Source of the DNA: Thermodesulfobacteriota bacterium
Lineage (GTDB): Bacteria; Desulfobacterota; Desulfarculia; JACQYL01
DNA length: 64,000 bases
NCBI GenBank assembly: GCA_963675595.2
Contig: CAXXLZ010000002.1
Coordinates: 2,880,001 to 2,944,000, forward strand
Direction of reading: 5' to 3'
The notes beneath the pieces were generated by a model. The model was not told where the DNA came from. It saw only the letters and a list, made by a program, of their open reading frames with translations, and ran no database searches. A program made the position numbers and the translations under genes. Numbering within the stretch: the first letter of the stretch is position 1; each line of letters opens with the position of its first letter. This document shows positions 1-13,650 of this stretch, one piece after another.

Positions 1-1
1 C

Positions 2-166
2 GATGGGGTCAACGTTACCCTGGGATTACCCATTGTGCGAACTTCCGTGGATCACGGCACGGCATACGACATCGCCGGAACAGGAAAAGCCGACCCCGCC
101 AGCCTGATCCAGGCGGTGAAGACCGCGGCTTTTATGGTGGGCAACCGACAGGCCCACGCAAAATAG
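2..166 (+). CDS. pdxA: 4-hydroxythreonine-4-phosphate dehydrogenase, 3' end only (runs off the window)
   Basis: Manual translation gives [34 protein letters not shown], the PdxA C-terminal signature; TAG at 164-166. Confidence 0.92.
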   Translation, partial: DGVNVTLGLPIVRTSVDHGTAYDIAGTGKADPASLIQAVKTAAFMVGNRQAHAK

Positions 167-380
167 GACTCCGTTAAACTGTGTGACTTTGGTGGGGAAG
201 ATTGTCGTCCCTTGGGACCCGCCGGCATTCCAAGGTCGGACGGACCTTCCCCGTCGTAGCCTCTTCGGGGAAAGACCGGAGGGTTTTCAGCCGAGCCCCA
301 TCAAGCGACTCCGGTGCCGGGGAGGCCGGTTCACGGACATCGAATTTTGAGAGCATTCAACCGGACAGGTGATTCGTTTC

Positions 381-3217
<2,837 letters not shown>

Positions 3218-3221
<4 letters not shown>

Positions 3222-3991
3222 TTCTCGCCGCGGACAATATCCACGCATTGAACCCCCAGGTGGCCGATGCCCTGGCAAGGGGAGACCGTGAACCTCTCGC
3301 CCGACTCGCACGGCGTTGCGAAGAGGCCGGAGCCCTCCTTCTGGACCTCAACCCGGGCTACCTGTCACAGAGGAATGAGCATCGCTTCCCTTTTCTGGTG
3401 GAAGCGGTACGGGAAGTCACGGACCGGAAACTGATCCTGGACAGCCCCAGCCCCAGGCTGCTCAAGGCGGCCCTGGCGGCCTGCGGCGACGTTAAGCCCG
3501 TGCTCAACGCTCTCTCACTGGAAAAGGAAAAATTGGACGGCATTCTGCCTCTGGCGGCGGAGCACGGTCTGCCCTTGACTTTGCTCCTGATGGACGAGCG
3601 CTCCTTCACGCCTCCCTCCATGGAGGAAAAGCTCGGCATCGCCCTCGAACTTTGGGAGGCCTGCGTTTCCGCCGGAATCCCGTCTTCGGATCTTTACTTC
3701 GACCCGGTACTGCCCAACCTTTCCTGGCCCGATGCCGCTCCTCGCATCGCCGAAGCGGTGAAGACCGTTCGTATGCTGGCTTCGGGCGCCGTACTGGGCG
3801 AAACAGTGAAAACCATAGTGGGTCTGTCCAATCTGAGAAGCGGCCTACGCAACGTTCGACCGGTTCAGATGGACACGGACTGTTTGACCCTGCTCGCCGG
3901 AGCGGGTCTTGATGTCGTACTCATGGACGTGCTGAACCCGCCCCTCCTGGAAGCCTTCAGCCGAATCAACGGTCTCCTGGGCCAAAGCTGA
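3218..3991 (+). CDS. Pterin-binding (dihydropteroate synthase fold) protein, AcsE/methyltetrahydrofolate methyltransferase-like
   Basis: MILAADNI start (TTG overlapping the uvrA TGA), LLDLNPG, LILDS, LNA, FDP and GLSN motifs of the pterin-binding TIM barrel. Confidence 0.8.
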
Positions 3992-4531
3992 AAAGCCCTC
4001 CCCTTCCCACCTCCCTGCGTGAAAGACCACGGCCGGTCTTCGCCCATGGAACAGCGACGGCAATTCCGCGCAGCCATTCACACGGGGGAATCTTTGTATT
4101 GGGTCACACCGTCTCCGGGGAAACACCATCACCCCGGCCCCCCTTGCTGTTGTGTGCTCCCCTCCAGCGAAACGAAGCCGATGAGGGCGTTCTTAAGGTG
4201 CAACGCTTTCCTCGAAAAGTCGGATGATTGCGGGCCTGGAAACTCGTTCAGTGAGAATCCTCCGGGAAACCCTCGGACCCCGCATATTCGGGTTTTTTGG
4301 CGATTTCACGATTTTCTACCCATTCTTTAGTTTGGAGAATACAATTCAGCCTTCCCGGCTGAATGAAATGCATCTAGTCGTCGCTCGTCTCAATCTTTTC
4401 ATGTTGTGTATCCGATAGCACACAGCCGGACATAGCCGACTCCACGTGCCACACGTGCATGGCATTCTCGCAGGATGGGAGAGTCGCTATGACACTTTTC
4501 TGGAGCATAATCCCAATTATTTTTATACAGA

Positions 4532-4560
4532 TTGACAATATTATTGGTCTATTTGATACT
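4532..4560 (+). promoter_or_regulatory. Putative sigma70 promoter
   Basis: TTGACA-17 bp-GATACT in an AT-rich tract upstream of the 4824 CDS. Confidence 0.5.
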
Positions 4561-4823
4561 TACGGTTATTTAATCATTCCGTAATTAAGCATATGGAACT
4601 CTCTGAAGCCCATGCCCCAACGTAAGATGATGATTCAAGGATCATAGCAAAAGTTGATCAACCCTCGGCTGGGCTAAGGATTGAAACATATGTAGGGAAC
4701 ATGCACCATTGAACCATGCTCCATCACCCAGGCTGTAACAGGGATTTTTCCGCTTAATGGAACTGTAATGCAATTACCTGAATCTCATCGTGCGAAATCC
4801 CGGTCCCACCATGGGAGGCCGCC

Positions 4824-5633
4824 ATGTTTCAGATGCTGAGCGGGCTGATGCAAGCATCCTCCGTTTTCATTACCATTATTTTGTCTATATGTTTACCCTT
4901 CGCTTCTACAAGCTTCTCCGCAGACCGGTGGGGCATCACGCATGCCGACATCAATACCGGCGAAAGCGGAGATGAGGATTGCGGTATTTTGGAAGGTACG
5001 GCAAAGAAAAAAAGAGGCGGCACCGACGACGGACACCGATCGCACGTCGTGTCCCTGAAGACTTTCGACGACGTTCACGGTGTGACCGTGGACTGCTCTC
5101 CAACACCCGGGGCCGGTCTGCGAAACGTTACCGCATCCTCCCCGTCCGAAGCCGGTGCTCCGGCTCACATCAACTTGCCTTACGGCGTGTTCTCCTTCGA
5201 AATCGAAGGAGTCGAGGCCGGCCGGCCGGTGACCCTGCATATTCTGATTCCAAAGAACACCGAGGTGACGGGCTATTACCGGAAGAACCCCATCAGAGGT
5301 ACTTGGGAAGACGTATCCATCACCGTGGATCACCATTCGGTGCCGGGGAGGAGCAGACTCACCATCCAATTCACCAACGACGCTCTTTGTGAAAGCGGCC
5401 CAACAGGTTTGCGTCGCGCGGACTTCGGCGGGCCGGGGATGCCCATCACGTCCGTCGTCAAAGACATCTCTCGGGTTTCCACCCTCTCCCTCCGGGGTGC
5501 GCTCTTCATGTGTTTTCTCTTGGGAATCTGCGCGTTGGTCCATCTCCGTCGAAGACGAACTTTTCGAGGAACAGGCTCCGGCGATACATCATGGGCGGGT
5601 AAACGATCCGATCATGGGGAAACGAAATCCTAA
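4824..5633 (+). CDS. Secreted protein with a choice-of-anchor U-like domain and IPTL-CTERM-like sorting signal
   Basis: Hydrophobic N-terminus; LPYGVFSFEI...GGPG domain clearly paralogous to the C-terminus of the 14158 protein; VSTLS + TM helix + RRRR. Confidence 0.7.
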   Translation: MFQMLSGLMQASSVFITIILSICLPFASTSFSADRWGITHADINTGESGDEDCGILEGTAKKKRGGTDDGHRSHVVSLKTFDDVHGVTVDCSPTPGAGLRNVTASSPSEAGAPAHINLPYGVFSFEIEGVEAGRPVTLHILIPKNTEVTGYYRKNPIRGTWEDVSITVDHHSVPGRSRLTIQFTNDALCESGPTGLRRADFGGPGMPITSVVKDISRVSTLSLRGALFMCFLLGICALVHLRRRRTFRGTGSGDTSWAGKRSDHGETKS

Positions 5634-5703
5634 CGTCGACGGAGGAAGCGGCAAGCGCCGATCCGCCCCGACGGACGTTTGCGGAACCTGCGGGGAGTCA
5701 CAC

Positions 5704-6159
5704 TTACTTGGCTTTGGGACGTTTTCTCAGGCGAGACATTTCTTTGCGGATTGATCTCAGAGACTTCTGGAGATTCCGGTATTCGGGAGTATTGAGGTTC
5801 TGATTCCGTTTGCGGTAATCCCTCATCTGCTGAAGAACGTTTCGATATTGGTCCTGCAGGGCCCCCATGTTGCTCCTGTCCGGAGCTGCAGGCGCGGAGG
5901 CGGCCTTGACTCTTTGGGGGCGCGGTCCCGAGTGGGTTCCCGGCGTCCTGGAAGCCGCAGAGGGCCGTTTCACCGTTTCAATCAGGCGGTAGGCGTTTTC
6001 GTCTTCAAGAATCTCCCGAGGGACGTATTCCTTGTCGTTGGCATAATGGGTCCGCCCTTGCGAATCCTCCCACACATACACGTCCCCGCGCACGGCCGAA
6101 GCCGCCAAACACAGAATCAGCGCCACGAACAGGGCAACCGGTCTCTGAGGAAGTCTCAT
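5704..6159 (-). CDS. DUF4124-like exported protein
   Basis: Signal peptide then DVYVWEDSQGRTHYAND motif; coiled-coil C-terminus; ATG at 6159. Confidence 0.75.
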   Translation of the reverse strand: MRLPQRPVALFVALILCLAASAVRGDVYVWEDSQGRTHYANDKEYVPREILEDENAYRLIETVKRPSAASRTPGTHSGPRPQRVKAASAPAAPDRSNMGALQDQYRNVLQQMRDYRKRNQNLNTPEYRNLQKSLRSIRKEMSRLRKRPKAK

Positions 6160-6264
6160 GTCACCCCGCGAAGGCCGGTATCCGGCGCTCCGCCGAACAG
6201 CGCAGCCTCCCGCTTCCACGGTTGTGAAGCGCGCCGTTCACTTAAGGTTTCCGCTCCTCCCGAC

Positions 6265-8304
6265 TCATTGGGTTCTTACGTCATGATGGGAGAAGCGCAT
6301 GGAAAACGTGGCCCGCCCCTGGCTGGCGGATCGGAGATCCGTAGAATACCCGAACATTCTGGAAAGGGGAGCCTCCGCCAGAATGATGCTCGCCCCGGCT
6401 TTGGCCGTGATCTGAAGAATACGGCCTTTCCGTGAGTTGAGGTTGCCGATGACGTCTCCCACGAACTCCTCGGGAACAAGAGCCTCCACCTCCATGATGG
6501 GCTCGAGGAGCACCGGATCCGCCGCCTTGCACGCTTCCCGCACGGCCATGGCCGCCGCCACGTGAACAGCCATGGCGGAAGTCTGTCCCTCTTTAAAATT
6601 CCCCGAAAGAACGACGACGTTTAAATCCGTCACGGGATAACCCATCACCGGACCGCTGTAGAACGCTTCTTTCGCCCCGGATAAAGCCGCTTCGATCCAT
6701 TCGGCGGGCACGGTTTCCGCATCGAGCAGCGATTCGGCCCGGTTGCCTTCTCCTCGGGGCGCGGGCCGGACCTCGACGCGAATTCCCGCGAAATGATGTT
6801 GCCCGCTCAGTTCCCGATCGAAGACCTCTTCCCCTTGTGCCTCCCGAGTAACCGTTTCCCGGTAGACAACCTGAGGCTTGCCCACGTTGGCGTCCACTTT
6901 GAATTCCCGCTGGAGACGATGCACGAGAATTTCCAGGTGAAGCTCGCCCATACCCGAAATCAGCGTTTGGCCCGTGTCTTCATCCGTTTTCACACGGAAA
7001 GTGGGGTCTTCTTCAGCCAGCTTGTTCAAGCAGAGCTGGAGACGCTCCTGATCACCGGCGGTCTTGGGCTCAACGGCCACGCTGATCACCGGCTCATAGG
7101 AGCTGATGGGTTCGAGATTCAGCGGATGGTCGAAATCCGTGAGGGTGTCGCCGGTGGCCGTGTTCTTGAGGCCGATAACACCGATAATGTCCCCGGCCAG
7201 AGCCTCCTGAATCCGTTCGCGCTTGTTGGAGTGCATTCTCAACAGGCGGGCGATCTTTTCTTTGTTCTCTTTGGACGCATTGAACACCTCGCCCCCCGCC
7301 TCCATGCGCCCCGAATAAATGCGCACGTAGCACAGCTTTCTTCCTTCTTCGTTCATAACCTTGAAACAAAGTGCGCAGAGCGGATCGTGGGGGTTGGCCC
7401 TTCGTTTCTCGGTCTCTCCCGTGTTGGGATTGACTCCCGCCACCGGCCAGGACTCCATCGGACTCGGCAAGAACTGGTTCACCGCATCCAGAAGAGGTTG
7501 CACCCCTTTGTTTTTCAGGGCTGATCCGCACAACACCGGAACGAGCTTGAGCTCCACCGTGGCACGCCGTATGGACTGAAGCAGGTCCCGTGTGGGAATC
7601 TCCTCCTCAGCCAAGTATCGCTCCATGAGATCATCGTCCACTTCGGCCACGCTCTCCAGGAGTCTCTCCCGCTCCTCCAAAGCCTCTTCCGCCAGTTCCG
7701 ACGGAATTTCGGAGACTTCGAACTCGGCTCCCAGGGTGGAATCCAACCATTGCACGGCCTTCATTTCCACCAGGTCGATCACGCCTTTGAAATCGGATTC
7801 CATACCCCAGGGAAGTTGCAGAAGCACCGGGCGGGCCTTGAGCTTTTCCTTCATCTGCCGGACCGTCCCCCTGAAGTCCGCTCCCACCCGATCCATTTTG
7901 TTGATGAAGGCCAGCTTGGGCACCTTGTATTTGTCGGACTGCCGCCAGACGGTTTCGGACTGGGGTTCAACGCCGCCCACGGCGCAGAACACCGCAATCG
8001 CCCCGTCCAGAACCCGCAGGGAACGTTCCACCTCGATGGTGAAGTCCACGTGACCCGGCGTGTCGATGATGTTGATGACTCCGTTCTTCCAGGCGCAGGT
8101 GGTTACCGCGGAAGTGATGGTGATGCCGCGTTCTTGTTCCTCGGGCATCCAATCCATAATGGCCGTGCCCTCATGTACTTCCCCCATTTTGTAGGTCTTC
8201 CCCGTATAATAGAGGATGCGTTCGGTGAGGGTGGTTTTTCCGGCGTCGATATGAGCCATGATGCCGATATTTCGCAGTTTTTCCAGTCCGCCTTTTTGCG
8301 CCAT
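6265..8304 (-). CDS. fusA: Elongation factor G paralogue (stand-alone)
   Basis: [52 protein letters not shown]; not flanked by rpsG or tuf. Confidence 0.93.
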   Translation of the reverse strand: MAQKGGLEKLRNIGIMAHIDAGKTTLTERILYYTGKTYKMGEVHEGTAIMDWMPEEQERGITITSAVTTCAWKNGVINIIDTPGHVDFTIEVERSLRVLDGAIAVFCAVGGVEPQSETVWRQSDKYKVPKLAFINKMDRVGADFRGTVRQMKEKLKARPVLLQLPWGMESDFKGVIDLVEMKAVQWLDSTLGAEFEVSEIPSELAEEALEERERLLESVAEVDDDLMERYLAEEEIPTRDLLQSIRRATVELKLVPVLCGSALKNKGVQPLLDAVNQFLPSPMESWPVAGVNPNTGETEKRRANPHDPLCALCFKVMNEEGRKLCYVRIYSGRMEAGGEVFNASKENKEKIARLLRMHSNKRERIQEALAGDIIGVIGLKNTATGDTLTDFDHPLNLEPISSYEPVISVAVEPKTAGDQERLQLCLNKLAEEDPTFRVKTDEDTGQTLISGMGELHLEILVHRLQREFKVDANVGKPQVVYRETVTREAQGEEVFDRELSGQHHFAGIRVEVRPAPRGEGNRAESLLDAETVPAEWIEAALSGAKEAFYSGPVMGYPVTDLNVVVLSGNFKEGQTSAMAVHVAAAMAVREACKAADPVLLEPIMEVEALVPEEFVGDVIGNLNSRKGRILQITAKAGASIILAEAPLSRMFGYSTDLRSASQGRATFSMRFSHHDVRTQ

Positions 8305-8472
8305 AGTTCTGATCCAATCCCCCGCTTTCGGCTTTCCTTTCGCAGGCTCGACGACCGTGATGCAAGAATGGACGATGCGCCCGGCCGGCACGGCCCCACA
8401 GCGGTTTTCAACCTTTGGGGCAAGGGAGAGTCGTGCAATTCACGAAGTATACTCGGAAAAAAATAAAGGGAT

Positions 8473-8501
8473 AGTGTATCGGTCGTGCGAAGAGCTGTCA
8501 A
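8473..8501 (-). promoter_or_regulatory. Putative sigma70 promoter of the EF-G paralogue
   Basis: Minus strand reads TTGACA-17 bp-TACACT. Confidence 0.6.
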
Positions 8502-8573
8502 GCGAGGCACGGACAGCGAGGCACGGCCCGGTCCGACCGCGGAGCGCCGCCCCGTCGAGGCCGACACCGTGGT

Positions 8574-9293
8574 TTAGACCTTGTCCAGCAGTCCCTCTTC
8601 CCGAAAGCTGAACACTCGACCGCCGGCCACGATCATGTGGTCGTGCAGCACGATCCCCAGTTCTCCGGCAGTCTTGGCCACGGAATCGGTGAGCATCATG
8701 TCGTGGGGGGAAGGCTTGGGCGAACCGGAAGGGTGATTGTGGACGAAAATCAGGGCGGACGCCTTGTACTTCAACGCCTTTTCCATAATTTTGCGTGGAT
8801 ACACTTCGGCGCGATCCACGGTGCCTTCGTGGAGCACTTCGTCTCGGATGATCCGATTCCGGGTGTTGAGGAAAATGACGCGGAACTGCTCGTCGGTCAG
8901 GTGGGACATGGTCAGCTGGAAATAACGGATCAAGTCCGTGGTTCCCTGGATTTGAGTCTGCTTTTTCGCCTCCATCAGATGATACCGTGCCATGAGGTCG
9001 CGCACGAGTCTGAAAAGAAGAGCCGTATGCCCACCGATGCCCGGAATCTCCATCAGACGCTCGGGGTCTGCGCCCAGGACCGCCTCATAGCTTCCGAAAA
9101 CCTCCAGAAGCTTTTTCGCGATCGGTTTGACGTCCTTTCTCGGGATGGCGTAGGTAAGCAGAAGCTCGATGGCCTCGTAATCGGCCAAGCCCTCCATGCC
9201 GACCCTCCAATAGCGCTCCTTGAGGCGGCTTCGATGGTCTACATGGGAGGACTTTTTCCCGGCATCCTCTCGGGGTTCCGTATTCCTCTGCAT
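8574..9293 (-). CDS. radC: RadC (JAB-domain) protein
   Basis: HRSRLKER N-terminus, helix-hairpin-helix GIG, VHNHPSGSPKPSPHD JAMM motif, LHDH. Confidence 0.95.
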   Translation of the reverse strand: MQRNTEPREDAGKKSSHVDHRSRLKERYWRVGMEGLADYEAIELLLTYAIPRKDVKPIAKKLLEVFGSYEAVLGADPERLMEIPGIGGHTALLFRLVRDLMARYHLMEAKKQTQIQGTTDLIRYFQLTMSHLTDEQFRVIFLNTRNRIIRDEVLHEGTVDRAEVYPRKIMEKALKYKASALIFVHNHPSGSPKPSPHDMMLTDSVAKTAGELGIVLHDHMIVAGGRVFSFREEGLLDKV

Positions 9294-9361
9294 TTTTCCG
9301 TCTGTTGGTTGGCGCGGGTTTCAGAAGACCGAACAAACACTCCGTCGGAAATCGGGAGTCT

Positions 9362-9937
9362 TCAACGCATCCCGGAGGTATCGCCGCTGTTGTCGCTCAG
9401 AATGTGTAATCCCACGAAAACATAGTGCAAACCGGAAGCCGTGGTCAGGGCCGTAACCCCCCAGAAGGTGGCCTCCAAGGCCCCGGCGGGGATGGGCACG
9501 GATTTGTCCAGCAGAACGGCGAATACCGTCAAGATTTGAAGTACGGTGGTCAGCTTGCTGACGATGGTCGGCCGAGCCATAAAAGTGCCCTTGAACAGCG
9601 TGACGATGGCGGCGCCGATGATGATGAGCACGTCTCGACTGATCACCACCACGGTCACCCATGCAGGTATTTCCTCCATGGCGGCCAAAACGATATAGGC
9701 CGAGCACAGCATGGCCTTATCGGCCAGGGGATCCAGGTAGCTGCCCAAGGCCGTTTGCTGTTTCAACGCGCGGGCCAAAAGACCATCCAACCCATCAGTG
9801 GCCGCGGCAAACACAAATACCAATAGTGCTGAAAGGAACGCCCGGTCCAACAGAAGCAACACCATGACGGGCGTCATGACCAGACGTACGGCCGTGATGG
9901 TATTGGGAATGTTCAAGGAGAAAGGTAAGAATCTCAA
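9362..9937 (-). CDS. pgsA: CDP-alcohol phosphatidyltransferase (PgsA family)
   Basis: NIPNTIT..R and TDGLDGLLAR...G.YLDPLADK signature; several TM helices. Exact substrate uncertain. Confidence 0.85.
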   Translation of the reverse strand: MRFLPFSLNIPNTITAVRLVMTPVMVLLLLDRAFLSALLVFVFAAATDGLDGLLARALKQQTALGSYLDPLADKAMLCSAYIVLAAMEEIPAWVTVVVISRDVLIIIGAAIVTLFKGTFMARPTIVSKLTTVLQILTVFAVLLDKSVPIPAGALEATFWGVTALTTASGLHYVFVGLHILSDNSGDTSGMR

Positions 9938-11160
9938 CGTGCCCCGCCCGACGAGAGGATGGATACCGTGACATCATTGTCGCCTTTGGCCGCAGCGGAT
10001 ATGGAGACGCCTTCGATGTAAAGGTTCGACAGGCGGCGGGCCAATACTTCGGCGGAACCGGGATAAGTCACGATGAGTTGAAATTGCCCCGGCACAATAG
10101 AGTAGAGCTGGACGGACGTCACGCCGGGAATGCGATTCCTGAGGGCGTCACGAACCTTTTCGAACTGGGCGTAGGTGGTGACCTTGTCGATACGTACCTT
10201 GATCTGAACCATGGCCTGCCCCACGAAGGACTTCGCCTTGTTTTCCTGAGCCAGGAAAAGCTGGTCCAGTTCGGAAACCAGGTCTGTAAGGTTCTTTTCC
10301 CCGGCCACCGCAGGGTCGGGATTCTCCGTCTTCACCTCAACGCCGGAACGGTCCAGCAAAGCGCCGAGAGCCACGTCCACCAACCGTGTCTCGGCATCCG
10401 CGTAGCAGCGAGTCGCCGGAATGCCGCTTTCGGAGGGTTTACACTCCGACTTCCATGCGCAATAGAGCACCAAATCGGCGTCCTTTTGCCTGCCCAAATC
10501 CGCCCATGTCGCGACGGAAAGCTTGCTCACGTCGAAGCCCGCCGACCCCGCGTCGATCATGCGGGAACGAGACCTGGAAAGACTCCGCGCCACCACCTCT
10601 CGTATCGCCTTTTCTTCTCGAGGATCCCCTTGGAGAAAAACCAGAACGGAACGGCTTCCTTCAGGGGGGCCTATCTGAACTCCCGCCGCGGTAAGGGCAT
10701 TTTCCAGGTCTCTTCGAACCATGGAAACCTTAAGAAGCAGAATGTACCGATCTTTGGTCTGAGCCTGAGCCAACAGACGATATTCCTTCACCAGTCCCTG
10801 ACCGTAACCTAACACCGCTTCGCCCACGCCCTGAAGTCCTTGAGCCAGCGCTTCGACGGGCACCATGTCTTCCACGGCACGCAGCACCGCCCTGTTCAGG
10901 CCTTTCTCCAGGGCCGCGTTGCGCGTGGCCGCCAAGTCTTCCGCCTTCAGGGGAACACTGCTGAGCACGTTGAATTCAATCACATTCGACTCGGAACACA
11001 TACCGGCCGCACATGTGAAGAGCCAGAGCGCCGCGGCGGCAAGAAACGCAACCGACCGACGAGACAACACCGATGTTCCGAGACCGGGCCTGGAGGTTCC
11101 CTTCGACCGCATCCGGCCGCTCTCCGACACGAAGAAAAAGAAATGAAGAAAATTCGACAC
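9934..11160 (-). CDS. Exported hypothetical protein (start uncertain)
   Basis: Long ORF overlapping the pgsA start; signal-like segment; ATRNAALEKGLNRAV helix recalls FlgT-N/DUF2066-type domains (unverified). Confidence 0.7.
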   Translation of the reverse strand: MSNFLHFFFFVSESGRMRSKGTSRPGLGTSVLSRRSVAFLAAAALWLFTCAAGMCSESNVIEFNVLSSVPLKAEDLAATRNAALEKGLNRAVLRAVEDMVPVEALAQGLQGVGEAVLGYGQGLVKEYRLLAQAQTKDRYILLLKVSMVRRDLENALTAAGVQIGPPEGSRSVLVFLQGDPREEKAIREVVARSLSRSRSRMIDAGSAGFDVSKLSVATWADLGRQKDADLVLYCAWKSECKPSESGIPATRCYADAETRLVDVALGALLDRSGVEVKTENPDPAVAGEKNLTDLVSELDQLFLAQENKAKSFVGQAMVQIKVRIDKVTTYAQFEKVRDALRNRIPGVTSVQLYSIVPGQFQLIVTYPGSAEVLARRLSNLYIEGVSISAAAKGDNDVTVSILSSGGAR

Positions 11161-11419
11161 GATGACCCCTCTGAGTTCCGGGCGCGAAGCATGGAGAGTG
11201 GGTCCGCCCCAAAACGGCTCTGACCGCGCGCCTTTCGCATGAATAAAATGATCTCAGTAAATTTATCAGAAGCTTCAGGGCAATACAAGACCGCCGGGGG
11301 AATCGGGTTCCCCCTATCCGGATGGGGAAGGAATGAGCCCAAAGCACCGCTCCGGCGGCCGCTGCTCCGGCGTTCTGATCTCGGCTCCTAAGTACGCGGA
11401 AAATCTACTCTTCCTCCCC

Positions 11420-11447
11420 TTGACAGTGAGGCGGACCGCATTAAATT
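11420..11447 (+). promoter_or_regulatory. Putative promoter of the hsp20 pair
   Basis: TTGACA followed by TAAATT at 16 bp spacing; a sigma32-like CTTGAC...CCGCATTA overlaps but with a short spacer. Confidence 0.4.
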
Positions 11448-11540
11448 AAGACAGTTTGGATAACAAAGGGTCCGGTAAGACCTAATTTGTGGGATGGAAG
11501 CAATCCGGAGAAGTGACTTTGCTTCAGAGGAGGTACGAAT

Positions 11541-11996
11541 ATGGTACGTTTGAAATGGAGGGAGCCCGCTTTCGGCAACACCTTCGAAGAACTTAACCGC
11601 CTGCGCAGGGAAATGAACCGGGTCTTTGACGCTTATCACCCCGCCGAACGCGCACCTTTCGGCTCCGGGGTATTCCCACCGGTCAATATTTACGAAGACA
11701 AGAACAATGTTTACGTGACCGCTGAATTGCCGGGGATGGACCCGAATTCCATCGACATTTCCATTCAAGGGGACAATATGGTCCTCAAGGGAGAACGCGT
11801 CATCGAACCCGCCGGTCAAGACGTGAGCTATCACCGGAAGGAGCGGCGGTCCGGTGTGTTCAACCGCGTATTGACGCTCCCGGAACGGGTGGACGCAACC
11901 AAGGTAAGCGCCGAATACAACAACGGAATGCTCAAAGTCGTTCTTCCCAAACTCGAGGAAGCGAAAGCCAGAAAAATCGAGGTATCCGTAAAATAG
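11541..11996 (+). CDS. Small heat-shock protein (Hsp20/alpha-crystallin)
   Basis: FPPVNIYE, AELPG, KGER, F.R.LTLP, AEYNNGML; GAGGAGG RBS. Confidence 0.95.
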   Translation: MVRLKWREPAFGNTFEELNRLRREMNRVFDAYHPAERAPFGSGVFPPVNIYEDKNNVYVTAELPGMDPNSIDISIQGDNMVLKGERVIEPAGQDVSYHRKERRSGVFNRVLTLPERVDATKVSAEYNNGMLKVVLPKLEEAKARKIEVSVK

Positions 11997-12008
11997 GAGA
12001 AAGGGGCT

Positions 12009-12407
12009 ATGGAGGAAAAAGACTTGCGGCTTGAAGAAAAACAACAGGCGGAGAGCGGAGTCGAGTCCACGGAGGGTCGGCCCCTTTTCGTACCCAGGGT
12101 GGACATTTACGAGGACAAAGACGCATTAACTTTGCTGATGGATATGCCCGGTGTGGACAAAGGGGGCGTGAGCATCCAATTGGAGAACAACCAGCTCATG
12201 GTGTACGGTAAAGTGAACCTGGATGAAGCTCCGGGTGAACGCATGTACTCCGAATATCGATTGGGTGATTATACCCGGACTTTCGCCCTGTCCGGAGAAA
12301 TCGATCAGGCAAAGATTGAAGCCGGCATGAAGCACGGAGTTTTGAGGCTTCATCTGCCCAAAGCGGAGGCGCTGAAACCCAGAAAGATCGATGTGAAGGT
12401 CGCCTGA
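12009..12407 (+). CDS. Small heat-shock protein (Hsp20/alpha-crystallin)
   Basis: PRVDIYE, DMPGV, YTRTF, GVLRLHLPK, C-terminal KIDV motif. Confidence 0.95.
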   Translation: MEEKDLRLEEKQQAESGVESTEGRPLFVPRVDIYEDKDALTLLMDMPGVDKGGVSIQLENNQLMVYGKVNLDEAPGERMYSEYRLGDYTRTFALSGEIDQAKIEAGMKHGVLRLHLPKAEALKPRKIDVKVA

Positions 12408-12721
12408 GCCTTTCCGGCTCGGCCGTTCCACGGTTCTCGTTGCTTTTTCGATTACGCGTACGGTGTGCGGATTCCCGAGACGGAATCCGCACGCATTTAC
12501 CTGGGTTGTGGACAAACCCTCGGCTGTTCACTCTCGAAATCTCCCTATTCTCTCGATGCGGCGCTAAGCGCCCCCACCTTCCCCTGAACCTTTTCGCCCT
12601 GCATTTTGGTTGCCGCAAAGCAGCGGAAGCACTCCCAAAGTCCACCTCGCCACGTAAAGCGGGCGCAAGCGCCCCCGGCATTGGCCGTCAGCGGACCAAA
12701 TAAGGAAAGGAATGCACTGAA

Positions 12722-13348
12722 ATGACTGCGAAAAACCTAATTTTGGGGGCCTGCCTCGTCGTGCTGTCGGGTGCGGCCGATGCTTCGGCTGTTATCAGTA
12801 TTCCCGTACCCTCTCACGCGGTGGAACACGCCGTGTTCCATTTCAACCGGGAAGCCTCCTTGTTTGTCTGGTCTGATACCCGAGATATCCACGTTTACCT
12901 GCGTTTGCGTGCCGACGACTACTTCATCTGCGGCAAAGGGTTTGCCGTGGAACAAGACGGCGTCGAAGTCGCCGATGGTTTGAAATTACTCCGAATCTCC
13001 GACGACGCGGAGGTGTGTACCCCCGTCACGGGACACACGCAGATGATCCTGCGCGACCCCTCGGAACACATTGATCCCGCATCGCCCCTGGAAGTGGTGT
13101 TCTCGGACAACCGAGTCTACCGGTTTTCCATCATTCCCCGAGCCGAGGCCCCGGACCCGGAGCTCGTGGACGCCTTCCGTCCCGTGTATCGCTTCTTCAA
13201 TCTGGAAACCGGCGGCCATTTCTTCACCATTTCGGAAGGGGAAAAGGACGCCGTTCAAGAGAATTACCCCGATCTGTTTCGCTACGAAGGCATCGGATTT
13301 TACGCCATTCCCAAGGACTATTTTGAGAAAGGCGCACCGTCGGAGTGA
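12722..13348 (+). CDS. Exported protein with a single C-terminal DUF5648-like repeat
   Basis: Signal peptide; PVYRFFNLETGGHFFTISEGEKDAV...YEGIGFYA motif. Confidence 0.7.
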   Translation: MTAKNLILGACLVVLSGAADASAVISIPVPSHAVEHAVFHFNREASLFVWSDTRDIHVYLRLRADDYFICGKGFAVEQDGVEVADGLKLLRISDDAEVCTPVTGHTQMILRDPSEHIDPASPLEVVFSDNRVYRFSIIPRAEAPDPELVDAFRPVYRFFNLETGGHFFTISEGEKDAVQENYPDLFRYEGIGFYAIPKDYFEKGAPSE

Positions 13349-13519
13349 GTTCCCGTGATTCTCGACCTCCGTTGAGACCATAACCAATGAAGGTCGGCCT
13401 CCGGGCGTTGTTCGGACCGCCGCCCTTGAAGCACGGAAAACTGAAAATTATTGACACGGAACCGTCATGGTGATAAAGGGTGTTTTTCGCTTGCGGGAAT
13501 CCGTTCCCCGGCGGACGAT

Positions 13520-13596
13520 CGGGACGTAGCGCAGTCTGGCAGCGCACCTGAATGGGGTTCAGGGGGTCGGGAGTTCAAATCTCCCCGTCCCGACCA
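13520..13596 (+). tRNA. tRNA-Pro(GGG)
   Basis: CGGGACG/CGTCCCG acceptor stem, CCTGA-ATGGGGT-TCAGG anticodon arm, GTTCAAATC T-loop, encoded CCA; TTGACA at 13451 upstream. Confidence 0.97.
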
Positions 13597-13615
13597 TAAA
13601 AAGATACAATAAATT

Positions 13616-13650
13616 AGCGGGTCGGCTTCATGAGGCGGCCCGCTTTTTTT
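13616..13650 (+). terminator. Intrinsic terminator after tRNA-Pro
   Basis: AGCGGGTCG...CGGCCCGCT stem followed by a T run. Confidence 0.8.

Noticed and set aside
167-380. LexA/SOS box upstream of uvrA
   Set aside because: No convincing match to any LexA motif I know.
8574-9293. radC as a marker of a mobile element
   Set aside because: It is the full-length HhH + JAB form in housekeeping context, not the short mobile form.
11400-11540. CIRCE element before the hsp20 genes
   Set aside because: No TTAGCACTC-N9-GAGTGCTAA present.
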